From Podarcis erhardii (taxonomy: Eukaryota): 64,000 bases of DNA. The notes below the pieces were generated by a model, which was not told the DNA's origin, did not search any database, and worked only from the letters and a program-made list of their open reading frames with translations. Position 1 is the stretch's first letter. Each line of letters opens with the position of its first letter. The stretch lies in assembly GCA_964252035.1 (NCBI GenBank), contig OZ176205.1. One strand, 5' to 3'. This document shows positions 49,528 through 63,587 of this stretch, one piece after another. Both the position numbers and the translations under genes were made by a program.

Positions 49528-50655
49528 GTAAGTTGCTGTGATGCTTCTTGGTCTTCTTCTGGCTCCTTGGTTTGGTATTTCCAAGAGTAGGAAGGTGCAT
49601 TTCAGAGAAGTTCATGAACAAAGACAACTGGATGAATATGAGCAGTTGAGAACTGAGAAAGGTGGCAAGAAGCCAAATGGGGAACCGTTGTTGCAACCTA
49701 GAATAGATTGCTATAACTTGGGGAATAGGCTTGTTGGAGAAGACATAGGTGGTCCAAAGAGGTGCACATCGGATGTTGGCTAGGATGCCTGCCATTGACA
49801 TGGTTGTGTGTGTGCATATACATAACTGTATGTGTGTGCGTTGGTAGCTGGCAGTTTTACACAACGCTTGTCCTGCTTACGGTCTGTCTTGGGTGCCCAG
49901 AGGCTTTTCACTTCACTGGTGGGATTGCTTTGTGGTTATCTACATTACCAGCAGGCAAATAAAGGCCTCTGTATTTCTTCCAGCTCTATCTGCCCAGAGG
50001 TGGCTAGATTCGTCTAGAAACCAGGACTGGAGAGAGGACAAATATGGCCCGGTACAGATGTTGTGACCTAACCATGCCTAGGCTATTGGAAGTGTGCTGT
50101 AGGAGCATTTGCTCCCTCTTCTCCATGCACACACTGCTTCCCTTCTCCGCTTCCTGGGTTGTGGTAACCATGCTTTGGCATAATGTCTGGATTGATCAAA
50201 TTATGGTTACCACTGGCCATAGTTTGCCTCCGCACCAGAACCAGAAACTCACATTGAGCTATACTTTCTGGTTCAGGTGGGGGTGGTTTGCCTGATCTTC
50301 ATGGCAAACTGGTTGCCATGGATGAGGAGGGACTTACTATTCAAATCAGTAGCACTTTCCTGATGGCCAAACCATGGTTTGGTTTTGATGTCTGTCCTAG
50401 GCCTTTTGAATCCATTCTCTTCTGTCTCCCATAGCTGGTGAATATTGCTGTACAGTGTCTGCCATTTCTGGTGTTGGTTTCTGTATTAATGCTAGTGTTT
50501 TCTTTTTTTTCTTCTCCTCCTCTTCTCCTTTTCTTCCTCCACATTTCCTCATCTCTCTCTGTTTGTGTGTGTGTCTCTCTCTTCCCCCCTCTCTCTTTCT
50601 GTCTCTCTGTTTGTTCCTGTCTTGGCCTTGGCCTCCACTTCCCATTTATCCTCAG

Positions 50656-50724
50656 ACTAGAACCTGACATTTTACTCAGAGCCAAACAGGACTTCCTGAA
50701 AATTGACAGTGCTGCTGACTTACA
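50656..50724 (+). CDS. AMPD2: AMPD2 exon 5 (69 nt, symmetric phase 2-2)
   Basis: LEPDILLRAKQDFLKIDSAADL(Q); ctcag and gtgagt. Confidence 0.96.
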
Positions 50725-51366
50725 GTGAGTGCCTGGCATTAATTCTCTCTGCCCTTGACTCAGGGGTGGGAGCGGGAGCACCCTGCAGGCTGCATCCTCA
50801 TCCTCTCCCCACTTGGCAGGCACAAAAGAAATGACACTCTTGCAAGAGTTCTATCCACCTGCATGTGGCACATTCCCACTCTCAATCATGCCACTGCTGC
50901 CTGTGTGGTCAATTAATTAGGTGCAGATACTGCTAAGTCAAACTAAGACATGTGCAGGCATTTGGGACTGCCTTGTGCAGGCTTAACATGGGGAGGAGGC
51001 AGAGGCATGCATACACAACCCTTGCACCTTCCCTCAAAATCCCAGTGCATGCCAGCTCCTGTTCAGACCTTCCTACAATCAGTGCAAAGCTCTAAAGTGG
51101 GGGGATTCTATGTGGAACATGCTTAGAAATCCCCCATCAGACCTTGTACAACATGGGATAGTCCGAAGTGGGACCAGGAGGCACAAGGAAGTTGGGGTGG
51201 GGTGGGGCTTGCATTTGTATCCCTCGCCTCTCCATCTTAAGTCCACATTATTTTGCCCCCAATGTACAAGTAGGCCTCAGATCTTACCAGCAGTGACTGA
51301 GAGACATGCCAGACAGCCTGGGAGCAGGCTTGGAACTGAACTTCAGAGTGGAAAGATGGTGTAAAT

Positions 51367-51594
51367 CAGGGGTGGCCAACTCCCAAGAGACTGCGATCTA
51401 CTCACGGAGTTAAAAGCTGTCAGTGATCTACCCCATTTTGGGGGGTTCAGGTCAAAGTTAATGGACTTTTTTTTAGGGAGGAAAGCCCTGCTGAACTTCT
51501 TTGGGGCGGGGGGGAGCCAATGATCCACCAGTGGTCTACCACAGGCACCCAGTGATCTACCGGTAGACCACGATCTACCTGTTGGACTTGCCTG
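51367..51594. mobile_element. hAT non-autonomous element
   Basis: TIRs caggggtggccaac and gttggacttgcctg; exact 8-bp TSD gtgtaaat at 51359-51366 and 51595-51602. Confidence 0.88.
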
Positions 51595-52500
51595 GTGTAA
51601 ATGGATGAAGTGAATCTCCCCTCGCCTCCTGGAGGAGAATGAAAGTTCGGTGTTTTAGAATGGAGAAATCCTTGCGGAGGAAAGGCCAAAGCTAGCCACT
51701 GTTTTGGTGCACGTGTCAAGTTTGGCGATCCCTTCTGAGAAGTAGATGCTGTTCAGATTGAGAAGCTGGGAAGCCCTATGGCAACTAGGGCAGGCAGAAG
51801 CGCCTTTGATCCCGAGCTCACCATGGCTCTCGACACAGCTGAGCGGGGGATTCCTCCCTTTCCACTGCTGGTCACTTTCCCTTGTTCCTTTGCTCTGAGC
51901 TCCATTTCCCTCCTGTCTTTTTATTATAACGGTGATGATTCTTTTCATGGCAGGCGCAGTGGGTGGAGCCAGCCTCTTGTCTCTGTGTTTTATATTTCTT
52001 CCCCCACCTCCCCTCTTTTCATGGTGCTGGCTGAGCAGCTCAGATCCCTAGTAAGCCCAGCAAGGTCCTTGTCAGGGCGTCCCTTGGAGGCCAGCTTCTT
52101 CAGGCCCTTGCTCTGCTTCTGGTTCTGCCAGATGATTGACTTCATGCAGTGCAGAAAGGGGCAATTGGTCATCTGGTGAAGCTGTGCAAAATGAAAGAGC
52201 CCTCCCCTGAGGAGCAGGAACCACCTTCCTGCTACGTGGGCACCCTGTTTGACTGTTCAAGGTTCTGAAGCCGTCAAGTGTCCATGACTGTCTCCACCCC
52301 TTTCCGTAGTTCAGGGCTGCTCTCCCTGTGGTTGGCGGGGAGGTTGTCCCTGTCTTGAACGTGTTTTGTGTGTGGTATGTCCTGCTTTGATGTCTTGAAG
52401 GACCTCTTTCGAAAAGGGGACTCTAGTGGATACCGGCAGAGCCAAATCTGTCATTTACTGTTGCTCCCTCAACTCTCCCCTTTCTTTCCTCTCCCCCCAG

Positions 52501-52612
52501 ATTGTTTAAGGAGCAGGGAGAGGACCTGGTGGACCAGTATCCCAAAGAACGGGATGTGCTTCTGGAAAGGGAGTTCCAGAGGGTCACCATCTCCGGAGAA
52601 GAGACGTGCGGG
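52501..52612 (+). CDS. AMPD2: AMPD2 exon 6 (112 nt)
   Basis: [37 protein letters not shown]; ccccag and gtaagg. Confidence 0.95.
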
Positions 52613-52948
52613 GTAAGGCTGACGGATTCAGAAACTAGCCATCCATTTGCACCCAACCACGCACACCCACCCACAATCTCCCGCAAAGGCTCTGCCACAG
52701 GGGTTCCCAGACGGTGGTCTACAAGCTTCATGCCAGTGATCCATGCTATGTTTGTAAAAAAATGCAATTAAAAACCATGCAGCATCCAGCACAGTACTTT
52801 ACAACTTTTCAGCAGACAGGGAAATCATTCCGTGGTCTGACAATGTTTAGGGGGAGTGGGCGGGTTGGGAACCACTGCTCTACAACATGCTGCTTTCTGA
52901 CAGCAATCAGATAGCCTCCAGGCAGGAAATGACTCCAGTTTTGCCCTG

Positions 52949-53090
52949 GAAGGGCCTTAGCTCAGTGCTAGAGCACATTGTGCTTTGCATGCAGAAGGGC
53001 CCAGGTTCAATCCCTGGCATCTCCACTTTAAAGGATCAGGTAGCAGGGAATGTGAAAGGCCTCTGTCCGCCTGAGCCCCTGGAGAGCAGA
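52949..53090 (+). mobile_element. tRNA-Ala-derived SINE
   Basis: tRNA-like head gggccttagctcagtgctagagcac...ttgcatgcagaagggcccaggttcaatccctggcatctcca followed by a body shared with other copies in the window. Confidence 0.7.
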
Positions 53091-54098
53091 TGTTGGTAAA
53101 AATATGCAACCCATCTAATAAACCAGCTGGACAAATAGAATTTACTGACAGGCTCTGTATTTTGTATGTTTGTATTTTTGGTGCTTTGTAGTTTGATGTT
53201 TTGAATGTTTGCCGTTGAGTCACTTTGGGCACAGCCATTGTGGAAAATTGTTTATTATTAATTTATTTCAAGTATTAAAATAATTTTCTAATAATTTTCA
53301 ATACCCGTGTTGTAAGTGTTATACCCCCCAAAAATTGCAGATGGGAGTCTGGGGCAAAGAAGAAGAGCTCGCCTAACTTCACCCAGTGGTTCCATTTGGA
53401 TACTTTGCTAAACTTCAGCTTAGTGTGCTGTGAATGAGCCTATGTGAGCTTCTGGCTCACATGCTCCCCCTTTCCCCCTCCTTCTGGAATTCAGACGCTT
53501 TTACTTCTGTTTTTGCTTAATCTCACGGTTCAGTGTTCCCTGTGGATAACGTTAATCATGGTTTGTTTGAAACAAGCCAACTACAAACCATAGTCAACAT
53601 TAACCCCAGTTTATGGTTTGAATGACACTAAACTATGATTAACTGAACTGTCTGTTAGGAACCTCTGGAGTGATTTGATTTAGCACAAAGAAGCTGCAGC
53701 ATCTGTATTGCACTTTCATTGTGTTTATTTATGGATACTGAAGTTCTCCATGCAAACTGGCTTTTGATTGTTATCTTGCGAAGCAGTTAGAGTTACCTAA
53801 CTCAGTCCCTGTGTTTTTCCATCTTATGAACTGAATCTCTGAAGACTTTCTTCTGGCTGTTGTTTTGATTTTCTGGCCTTCTTTATATAGTTTGAATGGA
53901 TCAATCATTTTGTGGTTATTTGAAATTTGCACTTGATAGATTTGCCTTATTGGAGACATTATTATTATTGATATGTTATGTATTTTTGTCTAGCGGTTCA
54001 CACTGTCTGTTTCCTAGCCTGCCCATCATGATTCTTTGATAAATGCTGTTCCCAGTTCAGCTAACTGTTTTTCTTTGGCTCCCCCCAACCCCCGCCAG

Positions 54099-54285
54099 GT
54101 GCCTTTCACAGACCTGCTGGATGCTGCCAAGAGTGTGGTGAAGGCCTTGTTCATTCGGGAGAAGTATATGGGGCATTCTTTGCAAAGCTTCTGCAAGACC
54201 ACAGCCCGCTTCCTACAAGACCTTTCAGAAAGGCCTTTGGCCCCCAGGATGTATGAGGAGATCCCCGAGACCCCTGGGGCTGGAG
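54099..54285 (+). CDS. AMPD2: AMPD2 exon 7 (187 nt)
   Basis: [62 protein letters not shown]; cgccag and gtgagg. Confidence 0.96.
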
Positions 54286-55378
54286 GTGAGGTCTGAATCT
54301 GGGCCTGTGTGTGAGAGGGCATTCCTTTCAGCAAAGTCATTCCAGTAATGGAGGTGCCTAAAGTGGTAGACAGGAAGAGGAACTTGGAGAAGGTTTAGAT
54401 TGGTCCCTGGCTACTTACAAGGTGGTCATGGTATTGATGATGCCCTTGCAAGGCCAGCAGGTAGTGGAAGCCAGGGCATGGTCCAGAGGCAGCTCCCCTC
54501 CTCTCCCACACCCAAGGAGAGCTGTGAGGGCAAGTCATACATTGCCTCCAGCTTTGGGGTAGGCAAGACTGGGTAGCTGCAAGATCTATTGGGGCATCTC
54601 TTCATGTCTCCAAGGGCTCAACTACAAATAATTTTTAAGTGATCCCATGGAAGATGCTAGAGCTATGGGGTGAGTGTAGGGCAATGTGCTGAGAAATGCT
54701 GAATTCTGCAATTGTTGGGTTCCAGTTGGGTACATTTGGGTAATTCACCCCCCCCCCCGATTCATTTTATTCAGATTTTATTAGTCTTTGGGGGGCAAGG
54801 AGCTTATGTGGGGTGTTGAAGTTCTAGCAAATGTTCAGTGGCAGCCACTGGATTCCGAGAGTTCAGTAGACTTTGCCCCCATGTTTCAAAATGTATTTTA
54901 TGTCATGAAAACTAGAAATTTGCTTGCTCAAAAAAAAAAAAAAAAAAGTACAGAGATTCTGAGAAAAATGGAACTTTGTACCCATTAACTACATTCTACA
55001 AGGTTTCTGTGCTCACGTGGAGTCACCCTTGGGTGATTGGGAGAGATGGTATGACTGGGACCCAGTGAGACTGTGCCGTCCCATATTGACTTGATCTGTC
55101 ATGTTCTGTAGCTGAACAACCATCACTGAGCTTGCTTGTTTTGTGCCCCATGCGCTAGCTTTTCTTTCTCACCAACTCTTGCTAAACAAGCAAGCAAGCA
55201 AGCAGACAAACAATAACTGGATAAGGAAATGTGCCATCAACTTGAAGGAGAGAGATGGTTCTTGAGAATAATTAGTTTTATTTTTTGTATTTTGGTTTTC
55301 TGTTTAAAATAGTAGGTGAAATATCCGTAGTGATGACGCAAAAGTATACCCTCTCATTTGCTCTTTCCCATGTTGCAG

Positions 55379-55520
55379 ATGCTTCAGGGCACTCACCATT
55401 TACAAACCAGCATCCTTATGAGAAGTGTGACCCTGAATCAATGCCTGGAGACCTTGGCTTTGGCCTGAAGATGGTCAATGGAGTAGTCCATGTGTACACT
55501 AAGCAGGACATCACCGACAA
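55379..55520 (+). CDS. AMPD2: AMPD2 exon 8 (142 nt)
   Basis: (D)[46 protein letters not shown](K); ttgcag and gtaagg. Confidence 0.95.
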
Positions 55521-56961
55521 GTAAGGGGAAATGGGAGAAGGCATGGCAATATCTTGCTGGGTACAGATGCCTTAGTATGCTACCAGTGCTTCTAGGAAAA
55601 TATGTTCTTTAGTGACAGGTAAAATTTGGAGGTGAGCAGAGGTCATTCACAGTGATTTTATCCATGGCCCACACCTAAATGGCCAAGTTATTCCCTGTTT
55701 TCTCTGTAGCTGGGAATCTTCGATGCATTTAGCTCAAGTATCTATAGAAATGGCATATGCCTAATGAAAATGAAAATTCATCTATAGACATCCTGAGCTT
55801 TTAGGAAGTCAGCGCCATACTCTTATGCCGCATCTTGTGAAAACACTGTTCTCATGCAGATCATAATATATGCACACATGATGTCTGATAATGAACACGG
55901 TTGAAATCACTGAATCTTGTGCTTTCTTCCCTGTATCCATTTGCCCTTGGAAAGTATAGAAGGGAATATTTATACTACAGGAGCTGGGGAAGAAGGTGTG
56001 ATTGACAACCGCCTACACAGCTTTGAGAGCACAGAATGGCAGATCCACATTTTAATTGGGCCTGTTCGTTATTTGAACCAAACAGCACATGCTGTTTTCA
56101 AACTAGATTAAGCAAATCAGTAAAATGTATGAAAACTTTATTGTTATATTTTTTTCCTTCTTACATATTCAGAGTACTATACAATAAAACTGAATTTTAA
56201 AAACAGCATATTCTAGCATAATAGCTATTAACCAGTTTCAGACACCTAGGTAAATCCTTGCAAGCAACCAAGGTGAAGGAATGAACACGATAATACAGCT
56301 AGACAGGACTTCCTGCACAAAAAGTTGAACGTTGCATGGGATAGTTTTGCATGAAATGGAAGTTCCTCAAGCTTGAACCCTAGTTGTGATTTTTGATTAA
56401 ATACTGACATAGCAGGAAAACGGGCATAGATAAGGGAGGAAAATACAATATACATACAATAAAAGAGCACACATACAATAAAGAACACAAGTCTGTCCCA
56501 GAAACAATCTGTGTTTTTCTCAATGCATTTCCATAATAGTAACTGCTAATGCCTTACAGTTTCTTTTAAAGTGAAAGTTTGCAGGAATCTTAATTTTCTA
56601 CTCTGTATGGAAATATCAGTTAACCTGATTTAACATAGTTGGTGTAGTAAGCAGCTGGATATTCTGGAAATTTCAATTTGAAGCAGTGGTAATAACTACC
56701 AAATTCTATATTTTGAGCACCTTGTTTGCCAGTTTTCTCTTGAGCTAACGCCTTCTTTAGTAGCTTCCTCCCCTTTAGTTCTAACTAATGATTTTAGAGA
56801 GAGATCTTCGTTTTGTGCTATTGGCAGGGCTGATCTTGGCTTTTCCTCTCATTTTACACATAGAACTATGCAAAATACACATCTGGACAACATAGCTCTC
56901 TTGATTCTTGTTTACTTGTGTCTGTGATCTTGTTTCATCTTTTGCCTCTTTTTTTTTTAAG

Positions 56962-57051
56962 GACCACAGAACTAGACTTGCCTTACCCTGACCTGCAGGA
57001 GTTCATTGCTGACATGAATGTCCTAATGGCTCTGATCATCAATGGTCCAAT
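56962..57051 (+). CDS. AMPD2: AMPD2 exon 9 (90 nt)
   Basis: [29 protein letters not shown](I); ttttaag and gtaagt. Confidence 0.95.
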
Positions 57052-57682
57052 GTAAGTGATGCCATTATTTTATTTCTTTCATCTTTACGTGCAGGAGCAA
57101 GCTCCTTCTTCCAAATGACAGTTCAGTTAAATGTGGTTGGGCTCACATCCAAGCAGGGTGGATGTGAGCCTATCTGGTAACTATCATGGAAAACTAGCAT
57201 CAAACCCCTTTTTTCAATGAAAAGGCCTGAGTAAATTCACAAGGGGTAGTTCTGGTGATTGCTACTTGCCATGATAACCTGAAGTACAAACTTCATGGTC
57301 AAACTGAGACACTTTTGATTACGAGATGCCAGGAACTTACAGTAAGGATCAACATGGCTTGCTTTGGAATTTCTCTGCAGTATATGTCTGATCATTCTTG
57401 AGCTGGCTGGAACATGGACCTGACCTTGCATGGCAATGTATTCTGATGTTATGGAATTCCTTACAATTCGCTCCCTTATGTCTTTGGTAATTACCCACCC
57501 ACCGAGACCACATTAGAAATGTCGGTTGTTACTTGACAAATGCACTAGCCTGAGCCTTCTGCAAGCATAGATTTAAACCCCGAATTAGGTTTTCATGATT
57601 TACAGTGCTGGCTACTATGTTGAGAAGGTGAAGGTCTGGTTTTGGTGTGGTGAACTAAACCTCCTTTCTAATGTTTGGCCAG

Positions 57683-57812
57683 AAAATCCTTCTGCTACAG
57701 ACGCTTGCAGTACCTGAGTTCCAAGTTCCAGATGCACGTCCTGCTCAATGAGATGAAAGAACTGGCAGCTCAGAAGAGGGTTCCGCACCGCGATTTCTAC
57801 AATATCCGGAAG
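57683..57812 (+). CDS. AMPD2: AMPD2 exon 10 (130 nt)
   Basis: [43 protein letters not shown]; ggccag and gtactg. Confidence 0.97.
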
Positions 57813-58445
57813 GTACTGACATTCTGTGTTTCAGGAGTATGTGCCTGTAGTTTTCATTACAAATAATGCTTGTAACTGGACTCTGGGGAACCACAGAGAA
57901 TGCTGCAGAATGCTCAGTCGCTACAGCCCAAACTGCCTGGCCTCTGCAATGCCAAAGGAAGGAATAGCAAGTCTGATGGAGACGTGGGCCCCTCTCCATT
58001 GGTGTCTCTTAATAAACAGGCACTCTCTTTCAAAGGCTTGTTTTTGCACCCTGCTTCCTTAGATGGCCTGACAAATGGTTCCCTGCCCATTTGAGGGTCT
58101 TCCAGGCAACCATAGTGGCAAGAAGGGTCATGGTGGCTGAATAATAAGCATTTATATACAGATATATTTTTAAATTTTATTTCAGTCCTTAAAATGGGTG
58201 GGAAGCCTATGACCATCCAGATAGTTTGGACTCATGTTCCCTTCAATCCCAGCCAGTGTTGCCAGTGATGAGGGCTGATGGGAGTTGTAGTCCAGCAGCA
58301 GGTTCTCTGCCTGTGTTTTAAGGTTAGGGATTGGAGCTTAGAGATAATGGATTTCCCTAAAGCCAGCTAGTGGGTCAATGGCCAAGGTCAGATTTGAGCT
58401 CTGGACTTCCTGGCTCGCATTCTTAACCACTGATCTCTTGAGCAG

Positions 58446-58640
58446 GTGGACACGCATATCCATGCATCATCCTGCATGAACCAGAAGCATCTGTTGCGCT
58501 TCATCAAGCGGGCTATGAAGAAGCACCTGGAGGAGATTGTGCATGTGGAGAAGGGCAAGGAGCAAACTCTAAAGGAGGTCTTTGAGACCATGAATCTCAC
58601 AGCTTATGATCTCAGCGTAGACACACTTGATGTCCATGCG
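58446..58640 (+). CDS. AMPD2: AMPD2 exon 11 (195 nt), zinc-binding HxH motif
   Basis: [22 protein letters not shown]...DTLDVHA; gagcag and gtatgt. Confidence 0.97.
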
Positions 58641-58786
58641 GTATGTCAAATAAGAGCCTTAACAACGTCCTATATAGGCCTTATATAGTCATTTGCAGTT
58701 TGCCAAATGGGGACGAAGAGAATTGCAGTCTTTTGTCTTCATGGTTACTTAATTACAACAATCTTTGTTGCTGCCTTTTCTAATAG

Positions 58787-58987
<201 letters not shown>

Positions 58988-59740
58988 TAAGCTATCCAAA
59001 CTCTGTATCCCGATTCTTGCATTGTGTGTGGTTTTAAAACTTGGGAGGAGCATTCAGATTGAGTTAGGGCATCTAGTGAACCAGGAGATGGGGCAGAGAA
59101 AGGGAACCATGCTGGGCACTTGAGATTTCTTGACTACTAGCAGCCCACTTCAGCCCTCCTGGTTTCTGAGTTTTTCCCAGATTAAGTATTGCTTTTTTGC
59201 AAACTTTGCCCTCAGACTTGAGGTCTTGAAACGTAGCTTTTGAAGGAGAGCATACATTCTTAGGCTGTCAAAATCTGTCTGGTGCCAGCTTCCATACTTG
59301 AGGAAGGAAGGGGAAGGCACAGTATGATTTCTTCTATTCATCTCAATTTGGGCTTGCAGGTTTCCCAGGAGAATAATGAAAGGCAGTCAAGATTCTAAGT
59401 TTCAAGATCTTCTTCACTCTGTCTGCTTTCTAGAATATTAGGAATAACAACACACCTGTCTGGGGATAAAAAATAGGGCAAAGAGAGCAGTCAATTTTGA
59501 GACAGTAGGGGCTGTCTCAAAGAGCACATGTGAAGCCCAAGCAATCAATCGCAGGCAGATAAATTATTCTACCCCGCATGCAAAGAAGGTATAAGGGGTC
59601 CAAGCACTGGATTGCCTTTGTAATGCGTTCCATCCTGCAAAAACATGAGAGTGTTTCTGTAGCAAAGGAGGGTAGTCTTTGATGTCTTTGATGAGGCTCC
59701 TTTGCTGACAAGCCCTTTCTCTCTCTCTCTCTCCTGGCAG

Positions 59741-59904
59741 GAGGTGATGTCTGATCTGGAAGAGAGCAAGTATCAGAATGCGGAGCTGCGGCTCTCCATC
59801 TATGGCCGAGCCCGTGACGAGTGGGACAAGCTGGCCAAGTGGGCTGTGGCTCACAAAGTGCACTCCAACAACGTGCGCTGGCTGGTGCAGGTGCCTCGCC
59901 TCTT
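59741..59904 (+). CDS. AMPD2: AMPD2 exon 13 (164 nt)
   Basis: [54 protein letters not shown](F); tggcag and gtgagt. Confidence 0.97.
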
Positions 59905-61801
59905 GTGAGTGCCACTCCCCCTGTGTTATTCCAGGAAGGGGAATACTGTACTCCGCTGTGCTGCCTTGTGTGGCTTGAATTGATCGCAGTATTTTCTCCT
60001 AGTCATATGTAGGAGAAACTATTTTAGCAAAGTGTAGCAAGCTGCTAGAATTATTAGAAAGGGTTTTGCGAGGGCTAGAGGGGTAGAATCTGTTGTGCTG
60101 GCGGGATGGGGGATTTGGGCACCCCTGCAGCTGTTGTATTGTGAACTAGGCAATAGCTACCCCAGTAGTTAAGGTGGAATCTGAAATGGAAAAGTTGGGA
60201 AAGCTTGTTCCGTAAGCAGAATCTTGCTCTTCTGGCTCTTGTTTCTGCACCTTTCCCTCACCCGCAAAGCAATCTGGGTACCAAAACAACAGCAGAAAAT
60301 CCCTGATCTCTCATAGGCACCTGCATGAGGTTCTTTTCCTCTGCTGTTTTGGCACCCAGATTGTGGAGTAGCCTCCTTATAAAGCGACACATCTTGCCCC
60401 TTTTATTTTGCATTTATAAAAGAATGGTGAAAACTGTGCTGCCTGAGCAGGTATTCTTTAGGCAAGGTCTCCAAAGCAGCAATCTTACATGCACGGAATT
60501 CAGTAGGACTGATTAAAAAACACACAACACCAGCTCATAAAATTAGCAGATTACTTAACAACGCCAGTAAATGAACAAGCTGCCACCAGTTGCCTGGCAA
60601 CAGCAAATTTCTTGAATGAATAAATGAATAATGTCAGTTAACTGCTCTCATGCAGGTGGCAGTTTCTGCCTTTGTTCTCCCAGCTTATCAAAGTCCACTT
60701 TGCTTCCTGTTCTCTCCTCCTCTGTCTGCTTCCTTCCCTGCTCAGTTAGGCCTCTCCCTTCAGCTCCTTCTTTCTCTGCCGCCTTTCCCTTGGTTCCCAG
60801 CTTGCTCTCTTCTTGCAGCCCCCGCCAGGTCCTTCCTTAACACTGTGCAGCCATGGATGTGATTGGCTTGCAAACGTACCTTATATTGCAGCTGCTCTTA
60901 CCATTGCTTTCCTGTTGCTTCTCTGATACGGTGTTTTCTGCTCCCTCCCACCCTCTTAATTTATGGTTTAAGACAAGGTAAACAAAGCTGCCAAGCTGCT
61001 TTAATGGAGGAAAAGTGGGCTACGCATCATATAACTACGTCCATTTATTCCTTAGCTGGTGCCCATAATTTTCTTTTTTGCATGTTTGACTGATGGATAA
61101 AGCTAAATTGATGAGGAACTCGGAGGACTTTGTTTTGATGGATCTGTGCTTGGGGCTTTAGCTGTGCTTGCTTGTAATCCTAGCTTAGCAGGAGAGCGCA
61201 CTCGAAGCTTAGCTGCTCAGCTACACTATCAACACAGCTTGCAAGCCCTTCAGATAGGGTTGCACGTTCTAAGCTGAACACCTGTTTCGCTGGCTGGGGG
61301 AAGTGAATGAAAAGCCTCCCTGTCTGAATAGAGCAACAGAGGGAGTGTGCCAGCGATCTTTCAGGTGACAATGCAAAGAACAGGGGCCTGGTGGGCACCT
61401 GAGGAGTGTAACATGCAGAGTTTCTTAAATTGTGCAGAGAGGCTAGAATAAGCTGGGATTTTCTAAAAAGAAAGCTATGACAGGGAAGCAAGCCCAACAT
61501 TCTTGGGGCTCAGTGATAGAGTAACTGCTTTGCCATGTAGAAGGGCCAGGGTTATATCTACAGGTAGAGCTGAGAGAAATCCCTGTGTGAAACCCTGGGG
61601 AGCTGCTGCCAGTCAGTGTAGACATTACTGAGATAGATGGACCAATAGATGGACCAAGGGTCTGGCTTGGAATAAGGCAGCTTCAGCCCCCAGCACCTCT
61701 AAATAAAATGATTAGGTAGCAGGCTGCTTTCTGCTCTGGAGCGCTGCTGCTGCTGATCAGAGGATATAATAATGGGCCAGATGGGCAATTAGTTTGATGT
61801 A

Positions 61802-62036
61802 CAGTCGGGTTACAGACGCTTCAGGTTACATACACTTCAGGTTACAGAGTCCGCTAACCCAGAAATAGTACCTCGGGTTAAGAACTTTGCTTCAGGATGA
61901 GAACAGAAATCGTGCTCCGGTGGTGCAGCGGCAGCAGGAGGCCCCATTAGCTAAAGTGGTGCTTCAGGTTAAGAACAGTTTCAGGTTAAGAACAGACCTC
62001 TGGAACGAATTAAGTACTTAACCCAAGGTACCACTG
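61802..62036. mobile_element. Same MITE, copy 5 (7-bp deletion in the left TIR)
   Basis: Starts cagt-cgggttac and ends ggtaccactg; TA on both sides. Confidence 0.88.
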
Positions 62037-63377
62037 TATTATAAAGAAGCTTCCTGTGTTCTTATGGATTAAAGATGACAGGAAGCCATGCAAATGCTGC
62101 TTTGGAAGGCGATGATGATACTTAGAATTTGTGTATTGATGTAGGGTGCCCAAAGTATTTCACATACATTATCTTGGTTATCCCGACAAGTAGAGTCTGT
62201 ATTTTGATATTAGGGCAGGAGAAAGTTCAGCATTTTGTAATGAGGTATTCTTGAAATTCGGGGGGTGGGGGGGTGGTCAGCAAACATTTGTTCCTAAAAA
62301 ATAGTTGTTTTGTTTTTCATTTTTATTTAAAAATATATATTAAGAGAATTTCAATTGAAAGTTTAATAAAAAGATATAATATAGATCACTAACTGTAATC
62401 AGTTGCAATTCCATACATTAATATTTACATAAATACATAATGTTATTATCCTAATACATAATGTTATTATCCTAAAAAAGAGTTGTTGTCCACAAGGAAG
62501 AAAAGAGAATAAATCCGTTACAATATTTAACAAGCAGCCTGCCTCACCAAAGAAAGGAGAAGATACATAGTATACCATCATGTTTTAACCAAAGCAATGA
62601 ATTGAGGAGAGATACACTAATGCTTTTGGTCATGCCCCCCACTTTTTTTTTTGCAAGGATATATTTTGGATCAAGTTTTTGCAAGCTTGTGTTTTGGATC
62701 ACATTCTTAAGACCATTGCCTAACAGTCCCTGAAGCTGTTGGCAAACTCTGAGAATGTAACTGTTAATTATACTGTTTCAGTCCTAGCTTGCTCAGCACT
62801 TGATTACAGGACAGATGTGGTAAGAGATCATCTTGTGTGTCCAGCCCACAACATGCTTCTCTATGTCCCAAACAGTCAAATTCTTCAGGTGAAATGTTAC
62901 TATCTGAATATTCAAATGGCTCTGTTGTTTTAAATTTGCTGCTAACTCCAGTAGTTTTAAATTTCTCTTCTACGTAGCTTCCAGCAATTGCTTTGGATTT
63001 TTCTAAGTGGTTTATTGTAGTATCAAAACCATCTAGATTAGTTCCATAGTCATAAATTTATAGCCGTTTTTTCAAATGTCATTTCTTTTCTTAATATGCC
63101 ATTCTAATCAGTGGAGCTCAGAACTGTGATCCCCATATTGCAAATGGGGGAGGTGTGGTGTGGTTTGGGGCTAAGAGGGTGTGGCTCACCTAAGGCCACC
63201 TAGCAGATTTATGGCAGAGGTGAGATTTGAACCAGGGTCACAATACTGCCTTGGGTCTTACTCTGGCCAAATGGCATGTGGAGTGGCTCATGCAGCCCCT
63301 GCAAGTGATAACCCTCTGGTGAACTGCAGAATATGGAGATTTCTGCAAAGGCCTGTGTCTTAAGCTTCTGTGAATGA

Positions 63378-63587
<210 letters not shown>

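Noticed and set aside
50300-50382. RFX-like half-sites and the 16-bp palindrome ccaaaccatggtttgg
   Set aside because: No complete X-box, and aaccatggttt-type motifs resemble decayed repeat sequence also seen near 53550-53640.
52951-53025. tRNA-Ala(TGC)-like sequence
   Set aside because: The acceptor stem does not pair and it runs into a body shared by at least four other dispersed copies, so it is a SINE head rather than a tRNA gene.
60689-60697. HNF4-type CAAAGTCCA
   Set aside because: A single 9-mer is expected roughly 0.5 times by chance on both strands of 64 kb, and it has no clustering.
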